The notes under the pieces are model-generated. The model was not told the origin of the DNA. It made no database searches and saw nothing but the letters and a program-made list of their open reading frames with translations. Positions 11,238 to 22,830 of a stretch of DNA of 64,000 nucleotides are shown here, in pieces. A program made the translations under genes and the position numbers. The stretch spans positions 806,001 through 870,000 of the forward strand of contig NIVC01000087.1 in assembly GCA_002269645.1 (NCBI GenBank), read 5' to 3'. This DNA is from Macrostomum lignano (taxonomy: Eukaryota). Position 1 is the stretch's first letter, and every line of letters starts with the position of its first letter.

Positions 11238-14200
11238 GTGTCCATGACATTAATTAATCTCAGTCATCTGTGTTTTGCAAGTCTGCGCTGCCCTAGCTCC
11301 ATTGATGTCTAATGCTTGCTTCTACCTAAATCAGAGTCGACTGTACATTTGTGTAAATCTATGCCCAAGAGTGCTCAAATCATAACTCATTGTACTAATT
11401 GAAAAGCACCTAAAATCCCTACTGGAATAAGTGTAAAAAAACCTGTGGATGTGCAACACGGGGTCTAAAATTGTAGCTCAAAAGTGCAACATGACACAGA
11501 GTATGTTAACTTTTGTAACAAATATAGGCATAGTACTAATTAGATAATGAGGCATTTAGCCTTAATAAGACAGTCCTAGTTACTTTTGCTATTTACCTAA
11601 AAACTGCACCATCTCATGACACCACCTGTCATGAGATGGTGAGACAGAATGTCATGAGACAGAATTGAAAAACACCAGCTGCAGGATGACACTAGAATTT
11701 TTTTTAGGAAATTGAACACTAGAAAAGTTCCAATGGATAGTCAGATGCCTTTTGTTTACTTATTCCAATGGGGCCTGAAATGATAGGACTTTTAATCCTA
11801 TAAAGCTAAGATAAGTTGATTTGCAAGCAAAGGCAGTTTATTTTTAGCATTGCATCAGAATCATGATGGCAAGCAAAAGTGACACTACTTTTAGGGCATG
11901 CCTTGTATATTGCTAGACTGGATTAACCAGGTTGGTTGGCAGTTATGCATTTGCTATTATTCACTATTTATGATTTAGTATATAAAGGAAGCCCTAACAG
12001 AGCTATATTTGATGTGATGCAAAAGTCAGAAATTGATTATTGTTAATAATGTGTAAATTCTTGCAATATATTTGTAGAATAGCCAAAGTCACTTAATGAG
12101 TTTGATAGCAATAACTTACATATTATAAATATTGAATTTCACTGATGCACTGGCTAAGTAAGTAGAAAGAGTATGAAATTATAGAGACTTACAGGGTGAA
12201 GCAAGTCTAGCACAATGATGCACATTGAATTGCATTGCATAGAGTATGCATTGATTTACTAAGTACATGCTGATTTCAAGATGCAAACAAAGTGATTAAG
12301 CTAAGTTAAGCAAACAAAGTTAAACAAACAACCTCACACAGTTACCTAGATCACAAACCAATGAACTGTCACTTCAATATTTATGTAGCCTCTTCTTGTT
12401 TGTTAATTAAATGAACTGTTCTAATTTCCTAAGCTCTATTATAGGCTTGAATTGAATATCTTTGAAATTTTTCCTAACCTTACCAAGCTCAGTATGCTAT
12501 AGACCTTGCCTTGTTTTCTATTATAATCAATGTTGAAATAGGCTATAAATACAATCTTCTACTTTGAACTTAAATAAAATAATAACATATATATGCATTT
12601 ACAAAGTAAAAAAGGGCTTCTCAAAAAACTTTAAATATAAAATTGCCTGCCAATATAATGTGCACATTTTGTAACTAACTTTGTAATTTACCAAGAGTAA
12701 ACTAATAATTAGATAGAAAGCATAACTAATGTATTGCCTATATTTTCAGTCACATTAATAGTTTACCTTTTTGATTTCTTATAATTCCTACCTACTAAGT
12801 AGTATGTGATGTAAAGAACTAGATTCTTAGTTAGTATTAATGTTTAATCTTTAGAATGGTTATTACTTATATTCAATAGGTTATTCAAACCATTTGAATC
12901 AATTTCATAATTACTTTTTTGTTTTATGTTACGGGATTGTTATCCTCTGCAGTCCAGCTATTATAATCCTTTTGTCATATATTTCAATGAGTTTTGGCAG
13001 TGAATTTGATTGCTTAAGTATTTAGATGAGTCAAGCTTGATTGGCTGATAATTCGGGGTTCTTATAAAAGATTTTATGCATTTAGTAAAGCATTTGGGCC
13101 AACAAATCTGGCTTAAATATGTTCCAGATTCTCTGTTGTCCTTTCCTTTTAGACTGGCAAGTGTATTCATAGCAGCAAATGAGGCAAGCAAAAGCAAATT
13201 TAGACAGTAAAAATACTAGCTTGGACCCAGTGCAGTTCCTCAATAATAAACAGGGTAAATTCAGGGAGGGGGGGACATTCGAATGGCTGAATGGTCTATC
13301 CCCAATCTCCCTATCTTTCTATGCCAGCATCCTGTCCATGTTCGTTCACCATTGCCTCTGTTAATAAATTCTCCTAGCCAGTGCAGTGGGGTGTCCGATC
13401 CTTAACTTCTCTGGTCTCTAGTCGCTCTGCATGAAATTCTGAACTGCACTGCCTGTCTATCTGTCTGTCTCTCCTGTGTATTTTGCTTGTCTAATCTGAC
13501 TAAGGCTAACTCTGAACTTGGACCCTTCCGCTTATAATAAACCTTCCTCGCCCCCCTCCCCCCCCCTATGCAATCAAAATGTCATGTCTTGTCTTGTATT
13601 TACCCTCAGCGTCCAATTATTATTGCCCAGAAAAAAATAAAAGGAAAGTGAGATAGTGCTTATTAAATAAAGGCGCTAGCGCGTATCAGATTGTCAACGA
13701 AGCTTATTTTTATTCGTTATTTTTTATATTTTCCTAAACATTTTAGGCTTGATTATTGAATAAGACTGTCTATAGCTCTTCTATACTACTTACTAACTAC
13801 TTATGAGATGAAACATGGAATATGACAACTGGAATTTCTATTTTTGCTATGGGTCTCTTATTTAAAGCTACTCTCTCTCTGCCCCTCCTCCACAGTTCAC
13901 CCACTGCCCCCTTTTTACCGCCGCCGCCCCCCCTCTCAGCCCAAGTCCGTTAAATGATTGACGCGGCCTCGTGGCCGTCCCAGACTAAATGGCCATTGGC
14001 TGATAGCCGACGCTCCAACCCGGTGCCCGCCTCAGTGGTGCCGTAATGGCGCCCCGAGCTGATCTGCCCGCCCTGATAACCCAAGTCGGTGCTGAGAGAG
14101 AGGGAGCCGGCTCCACCAGTTGGAGATAGAATTGAAAAAACACGCCAGAGAGATAGATATAGAGAAATATTGTAGAGGAGGCGCCAAACACACGCCAGCG

Positions 14201-14451
14201 CCGCCGCAGCCTCCTCCGTCTCGTGGGCTCCAAGGCCTCTCCTGCCGCTGCTTCTCCTTCGGCCTCGGGTTTTCCTCTTCATATCTAGCCTTAAACTTCC
14301 TGATAGGCATCGCCAAGCCAGGGGGTTCTTCCTGGCTCCGCTATTCTCCCTCAACCAACCCTCTGCTGAAGCCTCGCTCGCGTCTCCCATCCTCCCGCGC
14401 TAGCGCTCCCTCAACCTCCGCCGAAAAGCCCCTCGAATCAGTGAGAGAGGT

Positions 14452-14454
<3 letters not shown>

Positions 14455-14507
<53 letters not shown>
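14455..14507. repeat. (GA)n microsatellite upstream of the Smad promoter
   Basis: Direct reading. Confidence 0.95.
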
Positions 14508-14509
<2 letters not shown>

Positions 14510-14594
14510 GCCACAGAGCAAAGAAAAGAGAAACACTAACACACCCCCACCGCCCAGCCAGTTTGGATAAAGACAAAGGAAGCGGCGAGTGGCT

Positions 14595-14625
14595 GGGCGG
14601 GCCTGATATATATAAATATAAATAG
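14595..14625 (+). promoter_or_regulatory. Candidate core promoter of the I-Smad gene (GC box + TATA)
   Basis: GGGCGG at 14595-14600, then TATATAAA at 14609-14616, ~145 bp before the ATG, inside a CpG-rich region. Confidence 0.55.
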
Positions 14626-14759
14626 TCAGCACAGAGCATTGAATATATTACAGTTGATTATATAATTCCGCAGTCATCGCTAGTCAGTGAACGCTGTCAG
14701 AGCTGGCAGACAGCAGCAGCAGCAGCAGACCGCATTATCAGCACCACTCGCCTTTGCCT

Positions 14760-15282
14760 ATGTTCTCCTGTCTCGCCGGATCGCCAAAAAAGAAATCGTC
14801 ATCGCCGTCATCATCTAGCAAGAAGCTGCTGCAGTCTCCATCTGTTGGCGGCAGCGGCAAAATTTCAACAAGAAAATTGCTTGCCCGCATTCTGCCGCAG
14901 CCGCCGTCGGTAGATGCGGATGACTCTGAGGACGAAGGCGGCGGCATCAGCGGCGGCAGAGATTTGCACGGCCAGCTGCACGCCCTGATGAAGCATCTGC
15001 AGCGCAGCGATCGGTTGGCTAAACTTTCTCAAGCCATCGAGATTGGCACCGGCGGGCAGTCCGACTGTGTCCGGCTGGAACCGAGCAGCGACGCCGGCGG
15101 CACCAATCTGCAACTCGGCCGGCACCGGGTCAACGCTCGCCAGCTCTGCCTTCGTGCCTGGCGCTATCCGGACCTGACCGCAACCGAGACGCTGACGCCA
15201 ATGACTGAGGCCTGCTGCAGTAAAGTGTCCGGCCAGTGCATTAATCCGTTTCATTTCTATCGGACTCTCACTGTTGCACCTG
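14760..15282 (+). CDS. SMAD6/7: Inhibitory Smad exon 1 (N-terminus, divergent MH1)
   Basis: Begins MFSCL; contains MH1-type LCLRAWRYPDL and CINPFHFYR; ends at donor CCTG|GTGAGT (phase 1). Confidence 0.9.
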
Positions 15283-15326
15283 GTGAGTTCGGCTTGGTGT
15301 ATTATATTATCTGTGCTTCTCGTCTA

Positions 15327-15750
15327 AAGTCTCACCTGTGGCGCTTAAGTCTCACCTGTGGAGCTTAAGTCTCACCTGTGGCGCTTAAGTCTCACCTGTG
15401 GAGCTTAAGTCTTACCTGTGGCGCTTAAGTCTCACCTGTGGTAATAAAGTCTCACCTGTGGTAATAAAGTCTCACCTGTGGTACTAAAGTCTCACCTGTG
15501 GCACTAAAGTCTCACCTGTGGCACTAAAGTCTCACCTGTGGTAATAAAGTCTCACCTGTGGTAATAAAGTCTCACCTGTGGTACTAAAGTCTCACCTGTG
15601 GCACTAAAGTCTCACCTGTGGCACTAAAGTCTCACCTGTGGTGCTTATGTCTTACTTGTGGCGCTAAAGTCCCGTCTAAAATCTCACTTGTGGCGCTAAA
15701 GTCTTACCTGTGGCGCTTAAGTCCCGTTTAAAATCTCACCTGTGGCGCTA
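15327..15750. repeat. 20-bp minisatellite at the 5' end of Smad intron 1
   Basis: Unit AAGTCTCACCTGTGG(CGCTT/TAATA/CACTA), ~20 copies. Confidence 0.95.
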
Positions 15751-16349
15751 AACTATTACCATCAATGAGGCTTTATCTAACAAAAAACATTGTTCCATAG
15801 TGCCTAGTAGTTTAGAAAAGCCAATTTTTTCTTATTTCTCCCTGTCTTATTAGGCACAGGCTGTATATAATAATGTATAATCCGTAGGTAATGTAAGAAT
15901 AATTTGGCATATGAATGAGTAGACAGTGGCACAAGAAATGAATTACTACACTTATATGGGATTGGGGTACACGATATTCTGTACTGGCGAGACTGGATTG
16001 TAAATAGCTGACCAGATCTTGCCGTTGCCCGTAATTCTCCCTCAAATTCCCCTGCTATCTCGTTGACCGATCCTCAGCCAGCCTGATTGAGGAGGCCAAG
16101 GCCTTGCATGTGGCGCTAGGTCTTGGGTTTTCTTTTTTAGTCCTTATCGCCTGTCTGGGAGCCGGTCTGGAGCCTGATTATGATGCTAAGGTTAATTAAA
16201 TCCACAAGCGCATTAGGCTTCTATGTGTATCCGTGTTACCTCCGATTCTTTAAGTCAAAGTAATCAAGACGCAACTGGTAGGATGTCGTAAAACCAGTCA
16301 AGAGCTTTCAGACGGGGGGGAGTTTTACCGACCGCCGTTGTTGTTAAAA

Positions 16350-16677
16350 ACCGGGAACACTGTTGCTGCGGGCCAGGTGAGAAATAAATGGAGAATAGAT
16401 CAGAGAGAAGAGGAGAGAGGAGATAAGAAAGATGAGAGGAGACCGGAGAGGAGAGAAAAGAGAGAAGTGGAGAGGAGAGAAAAGAGAGAAGAGATGAGAG
16501 ATGAGAGGCGAGAGAAGATAAGAGATGAGAAGAGATGAGAGAGACGAGGAGGAAGATGAGAGAGGAGAGAAAAGATAGAAGAGGAGAGGAGAGAAGAGAC
16601 AAACCATGAGCGAGCGGTTTTAAAGGACCCGAGGGCCGGATAGAGAGGCTTCAGGGTCGCAGTCTCCCGACTCCTGC
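16350..16677. mobile_element. hAT-type MITE with GA-rich core, same family as 55737-56102 (left end degenerate)
   Basis: Shares gcgggcc...gag + purine-rich core + aaaggacccg..ggccggatagagaggctt with the 55.7-kb copy; ends in a hAT-like ...gcagtctcccgactcctg. Confidence 0.65.
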
Positions 16678-19600
16678 TTTATGCAGATACAGTTCGTATA
16701 CGGCCTTCTCAATACTAGATGAGCAATGTGTTTTTTTTATTTTCATAGCCGCCTTTGTCTCCGGTGTGAGGCGCCAGGTTTTATTTTTAAGCCTGTCTAG
16801 ACTGTCTTATAGAACTCCATTGATTGGCCTCTCCAATCTCAAATACCATGAAGCAGCTGCCCGCTGACTGTATATTGAACTATTGGATGTCATAATCCTC
16901 AACACAGCTTGAGCCGTTTCTTTGCCTAAGGAAAATATTCCTGATAGCGTGCGCGCATTGAGGGGGAGAGAAAGAGATTTCAATGCAAATGTTGGGTCTC
17001 ATACACAACTAGCAACTCTGCGCTGTCTGTCATACAGGCTTGCTGCTTATCTGCCTTGTCTGCCTGCCTGCGGCCTTTTGCTGCTTTCACCGTAGTCCGC
17101 CGCCGCCGCACCACCTCCCTCCCTCCCCCTTTAAGGCGCCAACAACTCGCGAGCTGGCGCCTCTCTCAATTCTCTTTTTAATGTGCCGCATTTATAATCT
17201 GTCGTCTTATTATTATCTAATTGTAATTTTAATGTAGGCTAAGACTTTTTTACAGTATAAAAGACTCAAGTCTTTAGTCTCATATACATTATTAGAGTTA
17301 TAAAAAAGTGAGTATTAAGCAAATAATAACTTTAATAGGGCTTATAGATAGCCGTAATGAATTGAATTGATCTTATTTCAAGCTCTGATTTGTGCATAAA
17401 TTCAGTTTCTTTTTACAAACACGTATGTTAGTTCTACAATAAGGACATTTCCATTGAGACTAATCGTTTGTATGCACATTATTAACTAGCAAAAGAGGAA
17501 AAGAGCAGCAAACAAAACTAGAAAGAGAGATTCAAGCTGCAAGCAAAGGTTAAAAGTGAAGAAAAGAAGAAGAAAGAAAGACACCAATGCAAGCTAATGT
17601 TCCTTTCTAAAAGCCTCAGAGCAAACTTGAGCAGCAGGTGTACGAGTGAAAGAGTAATGGAACTAAGAACAAGAGCAGAAAAACAGCAAAGTTTTCTTTC
17701 TGGTGGGCAGCACCGCAGCCGCGGCTTCACCGAAGCGCAACCGAAAAGTGGCCAACAGGCAGCCGATGGGTTCGAATAGATAGGAAGACAGGCCTTACCG
17801 AAGATGCCTAGAAGCGCGAGTGTGTATGAGAGAGGTTAGGGGAGAGGACTGGCACAGAGGCAGGGTTTTTAGTTAGTTTAGCAATCGCTGGCGCCCCCTT
17901 AATGACGGGGCCAGACGGGAAGATCCGGCCAAGGAAGGGCAAATGAGTGGAAAAATGTCGAGTCGCGGGGCTTCCTTGACCTCCTTGCCTATTGCAGGTT
18001 GGGAAGCGAGAGGCCAAGGTTCTGTTCGTTTTGTTAGGCCAACTAATTGGCTTGGTTAAAGCACTTAAAGCTTATAGGCCCTGGGATGGGACCAAGGGTT
18101 CGGGCTGGGTGGTCGGTGGATTGCGGCTGAAAAAATTCTCCCATCGCTTGTTGCTCGCCAACTCTCTGTCTGGCCTGTCTGTCTGTGTCTGTCTGCCTGT
18201 CTGCCTCCTCCACTTTCACTTAGTCTCCGAAAAAGAGGAAAAATTGCCGTCGCCATTAACTCGCGCCGTCGCTTCGCTCTCTAGAGCCGCGGAGAGAGAG
18301 AGGAGTTTAGTTGTTGTTCAACTGTCGCGACAAAGAGTCGCCGACCTCTTCTAATCCCCCCCCACAGCCTCTCCGTCGCGTCTCTTCATCTCGGCCTGAT
18401 CAGTCTGCCACTTTCCATTCCTTCCTTGTTTCGTGTTCCCCCCTCTCCCATGATCCTCTGAGAAAAGCCGCCGCCACGCTCGTTTCAAATTTTCCTACAT
18501 CCTCTTGTTTTGCGCTCGATTCCAAAAATAAAAAAACATATATTGGCGCTTGGTCTCGGTCGGTCCGATTGCTCATTTCCCTGTTGACTGTTAGCTAACT
18601 AAATACACAGCTAAAATCAGAAATAATGTTTGGCGGCGGCAGAGGCGGATAGAGCGCTTTCTAAATTCTTTTTCAAAGCGTATGATGATGGTTGTGCGTC
18701 GGAAAGGGAGGAATGGAGCAGAGCGAATCGTCGGGAATCCGAGCGGTCGGGGAGGTAGGCGAACAAAATTGCGGGTGTCACTGTCTGGTAGAGAAGCAGT
18801 CTAATGAAACATGACAGGTTTGCTTTTTTGCGATTTTTTGCTGGGGGGGGGTTGGGCGCGCCGCCTTCTTTGCCTAATGACTCTGCCAACCTCAGTCTCC
18901 CTCCATTTTCCTGCTTTTTTGTTGCCCACATAGCCAAGTGAAAGTCGGCTTGAAACAAAAATAACTGGCGCCGACTGGCTTGGCTGGCGGTCGGGCCGGG
19001 CGGCGGTGGGATCGATGTCGGAATGCTTGAATGATGCCGGCATCAGCTATCGAAATTATGAAAGCGAATAGCTGGAGGTGTAGTAAGACAGATCCCTTTA
19101 GTTTATGGGAGGCCTATCGGGAATACAAATAGCGGGCACACAGATTTAGCCAAACTGGAGCCTAGGAGGACAACAGTTCGAATTTTGCAGCTCGGTTGCC
19201 ACCAGAATGGCCTTACGACTGGCGACAGTTTGGCTGCTGGGCGGGGCTTGAGGGCTCTTGAAAAGCCGATAATAACTGGTACAGATCTAACTGCCATTGC
19301 TGTCATTTGCGGTTGGAAAATTAAGTGGCGGCTTAGTTATGGGGGGTTGGGGAGTGGGGGGGGGAGCTGACGGCCGCTTAAAATGGCTTCTTTTTTATGC
19401 GGCACCGTTCGCTCTCGACAGGTCCGGCGGCGGGGCCTGTCAGGGTGGCCCCACTCACTCAGCCAGCAACCTCATTCTTGTTAGTTAGTCTTCTCTCTAT
19501 TCTGTCTGCATGAAATTTATTTTATTCTTTCAATTTTCTTGCTTGAATCTGTCTGCGGCTGCTGCTGACCATTGCAGTCTCTTGTGTGTGTCCCCTAGTT

Positions 19601-19868
19601 TTGCCTCTTGTCAGGCCAGAGCGGTCGGTGGGGGGAGGGGGAAGGGGAGGGGGAGACAGCAGAAAGAAAAGTCGCAATTCGTGTCTCCGTGTGTCTAATA
19701 AAGCCTCTGGCCTGTCCCACCGTTCTGTCTGGTCTCTCCTTCTGTTTAGTTGGGTAGGGGGGGGGCCTCTCAGATAGAGAAAGAAATAGAGAGAGAGAGA
19801 GACAGAGAAAGAACCCCGACAGACAGGCACCTTGGCGTGAGGGGGAAGAGAGTGGGTGCTGCTGCAGC

Positions 19869-19921
<53 letters not shown>

Positions 19922-20784
19922 CTGGCGGCTGGCTGTCGGGGGCCAGCCGGCCTCGGACCGTAGAGGGTGGGGGGGGGGAAGAGTCGCCACGGGCCTGCGC
20001 GTGCGGGCATTTTTACTTACTAGACTGGGCTTAGCTTAACTCTGCTGCCACTGAGGCCTCTCTGTCTGCCGCTGAGGCCCCTCCTCCACAGCTCTCCCAA
20101 ACCCTCGGCGCACTTGATTTACACACTCACACACACTGGACCGAAGAATGAGTCTCTGTGACCCTCTCCCCTCCGCTTCCCCCCTCACTGGTTAGACGCG
20201 CCCATTAGCTCAGTTAATAGCCCCCCCTTGACTAAGTGACCCCGATAGAGGGGGTGTCAGGCTAGTGAGCTGCCTCTTTCCTCCCTTTATCCCCCCCCCC
20301 CCAGATAGTTAATCCTGCCTCCGTACCTGCCCTTGCTCTCTTTTCAACTTACCCCCCTCTCTTTACTCTATCCCTCTAACAGTCTAGGCCGGCCCTTCCA
20401 TCGTGACCCTTCGTGTCTCTTCCCAAGCTCCCTAGCCCATTTATACTGCCGCCAGTCTGTCGGTGGCGGGAGGGGGGCCCTGGTTCAGAACGGGTCGCAG
20501 CACGTGTGTAGTGCAGTAGTTAGATTATTGTGTGCTTTGCGGATAAGAAAAACTGCCCCGAGGTCTGGTGGCGGTGTAGTGAATAGGTAGGGGTTGGATT
20601 ATTTCGGTGCGGAAGCAATATTCACTGTGTAGGTAGATGCATGTTGAAGAAGTTAAAGAGGCTTGAAGCAAGATATTGTAAATGTCGTCTTTTAATCTGG
20701 TTGCCGCCTGGGCATGAGCATGAGCAATCCTATTAAGTCTGTAATGCTGAAAATATGTTTAGACATGCTAATGCTTTAAATTGG

Positions 20785-20966
<182 letters not shown>

Positions 20967-21726
20967 CGCTTCATTCAATAAGGGTCTTTTGGTGTTTGCT
21001 TTTTTTCTACTTCATCATAGACAGCAATGAGATAGATGGGTTGGAGTGAGTGAAAGAGACAGTTGGAGTGCGGTATCCGACTGAGCTCAAGAGGAGGCGT
21101 GTGTCCCGGGGCACATCAGCCTTTCTCCAGTTTCCACTTTGTTGGCTTCGGTCTGCTGGACTCTTTGTGTAGAGGCTCCAAGCTGTTCCCCATGGTATTA
21201 ATCCCTTTTATTGTCTTTCCCTGCAGTGCCCCGGATGCTTTGTCACAAGCTCTGCAGTCTCGCGTGTTCCAGACACCTCCGCCATCTCCGCTGAGGCAAT
21301 ATTTGGCGCCTTGAATTGTGAGCTCAAGTGTGACAGGCGGCCCGGCTGTCGCTTATTAGTTAGTAGAGCTACGACGTCAAATCCCAGACGGAGGGACCAT
21401 CTGATGAATAAATAATAACAATACCTGATGAGAGGGCAGGTTAGTCTTGAGGGTGTGAATTGCAATTAGCGGCGCAATGGCGGCATCAATATTAATAGTG
21501 TAGTGAGGCTTTCGCTTTCTCTCTCTCCTCTCTACTGGCGTGCCGTTCGTCTACACGACACATTGGAATGGATTAGCTTTTTACCTTTGTTTCTTAGATT
21601 GTTTTATTACTGCTCATCGTAACTGGCGTGTTTCTATAGTCATCATTTGTTTTAGAGCAGGCTTGACTGGGTTTTATTAGCATTCGAACGCACTTTGCAC
21701 ACGATTGCTTTGTCGCAAGACAATTT

Positions 21727-21845
21727 GCGCGCTTCTGATAGTTTGCGCTCCTGACAGTGCGCGCTTCTAACGGCTTGCGCGCTTCTGATAGTTTGCGCTT
21801 CTGACCGTGCGCGCTTCTAACGGCTTGCGCGCTTCTGATAGTTTG
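21727..21845. repeat. Degenerate short tandem repeat
   Basis: Recurring gcgcgcttctgatagtttgc / gcgcgcttctaacggcttgc. Confidence 0.75.
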
Positions 21846-22594
21846 TGCTTAGCAAGCCCACACACTGCTTACGAGCGTACTCTTATGTGGTTATGTTGAG
21901 CAATACTAATAGTAATAACAGACCTAGCATTCCTTCCCTCCGAAGGTGTGATAATCCCTCTCGCCCTCTCACACGCGCCTCTGAACGCATTCCATTTATT
22001 TCATTGCGGATCTCTGTGCCTGTTCCATTGCCGGGGAGGGGGGGAATTAGAGGCTAAGGGAGTGTCTTTCGCGCCTCTCACTTTTCCTATTGGCATTTAC
22101 CCCATTCTATTAATTCCCGTTTTCTTTTTTCTTTTTTTTCTGTTTGAACGCAGCAAAGCGCAGCTGTTGGCACGCGCGGAGTAGCGGGGCTAATCTTATA
22201 GAGCTTTGGCCTCTAAGCCCCGCGCTCCAGACCCCCCAGAGCTGCTCCCCTTCCTGGTCTGCGCTTCCCCGGTCACAGCCCTGCCACCAACACTCAGCAG
22301 TGCTGCATACTCACACAAGTCACCGTGTGTTAACAGCTGGAGGCCATTCCATTTCTAAATGCTTGAAATTCTGCAATCCTAATAGATGTACACCTATAAA
22401 ATGTCTTCCGAGGTTATACATTTATATACAGATATTTTCATAGTCCCCCTCTCTCTATTCCTCCGTCACCTTTTTGACAAACAAACAAAAATATGTGAGG
22501 GACGCAATGCGTTTGCTTTGGGCGAAGAATGTATTGGCCCGAAATGTAAGGATGGCGCTTGAACAATAGCATACGCGTCAATTGGTGTTCACGG

Positions 22595-22830
22595 CTTCTA
22601 AACCATGTTTATCGGCTCCTAACTCATGTTTATCGGCTCCTAAATCATGTTTATTGGCTCCTAAATCATGTTTATCCGCTCCTAAATGATGCTTAACGAC
22701 TTCTGAAGGATGTTTATCGGATCCTAAATCATGTTTATCTGCTCCTAAATGATGCTTAACGGCTTCTAAAGGATGTTTATATCGGACCCTAAATCATGTT
22801 TAACCCATCCTTGATGCTTAGCGGCTCCTA
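22595..22830. repeat. Degenerate ~21-bp tandem repeat
   Basis: Recurring ctcctaaatcatgtttatcgg. Confidence 0.75.

Noticed and set aside
10672-11250. 192-aa ORF as a host gene
   Set aside because: The first ~59 codons are the inverted repeat read through; the rest is truncated Tc1-type transposase.
13950-14539. 139-146-aa ORFs upstream of the Smad gene
   Set aside because: Low-complexity translations of a GC-rich promoter and (GA)n tract, with no domain or splice support.
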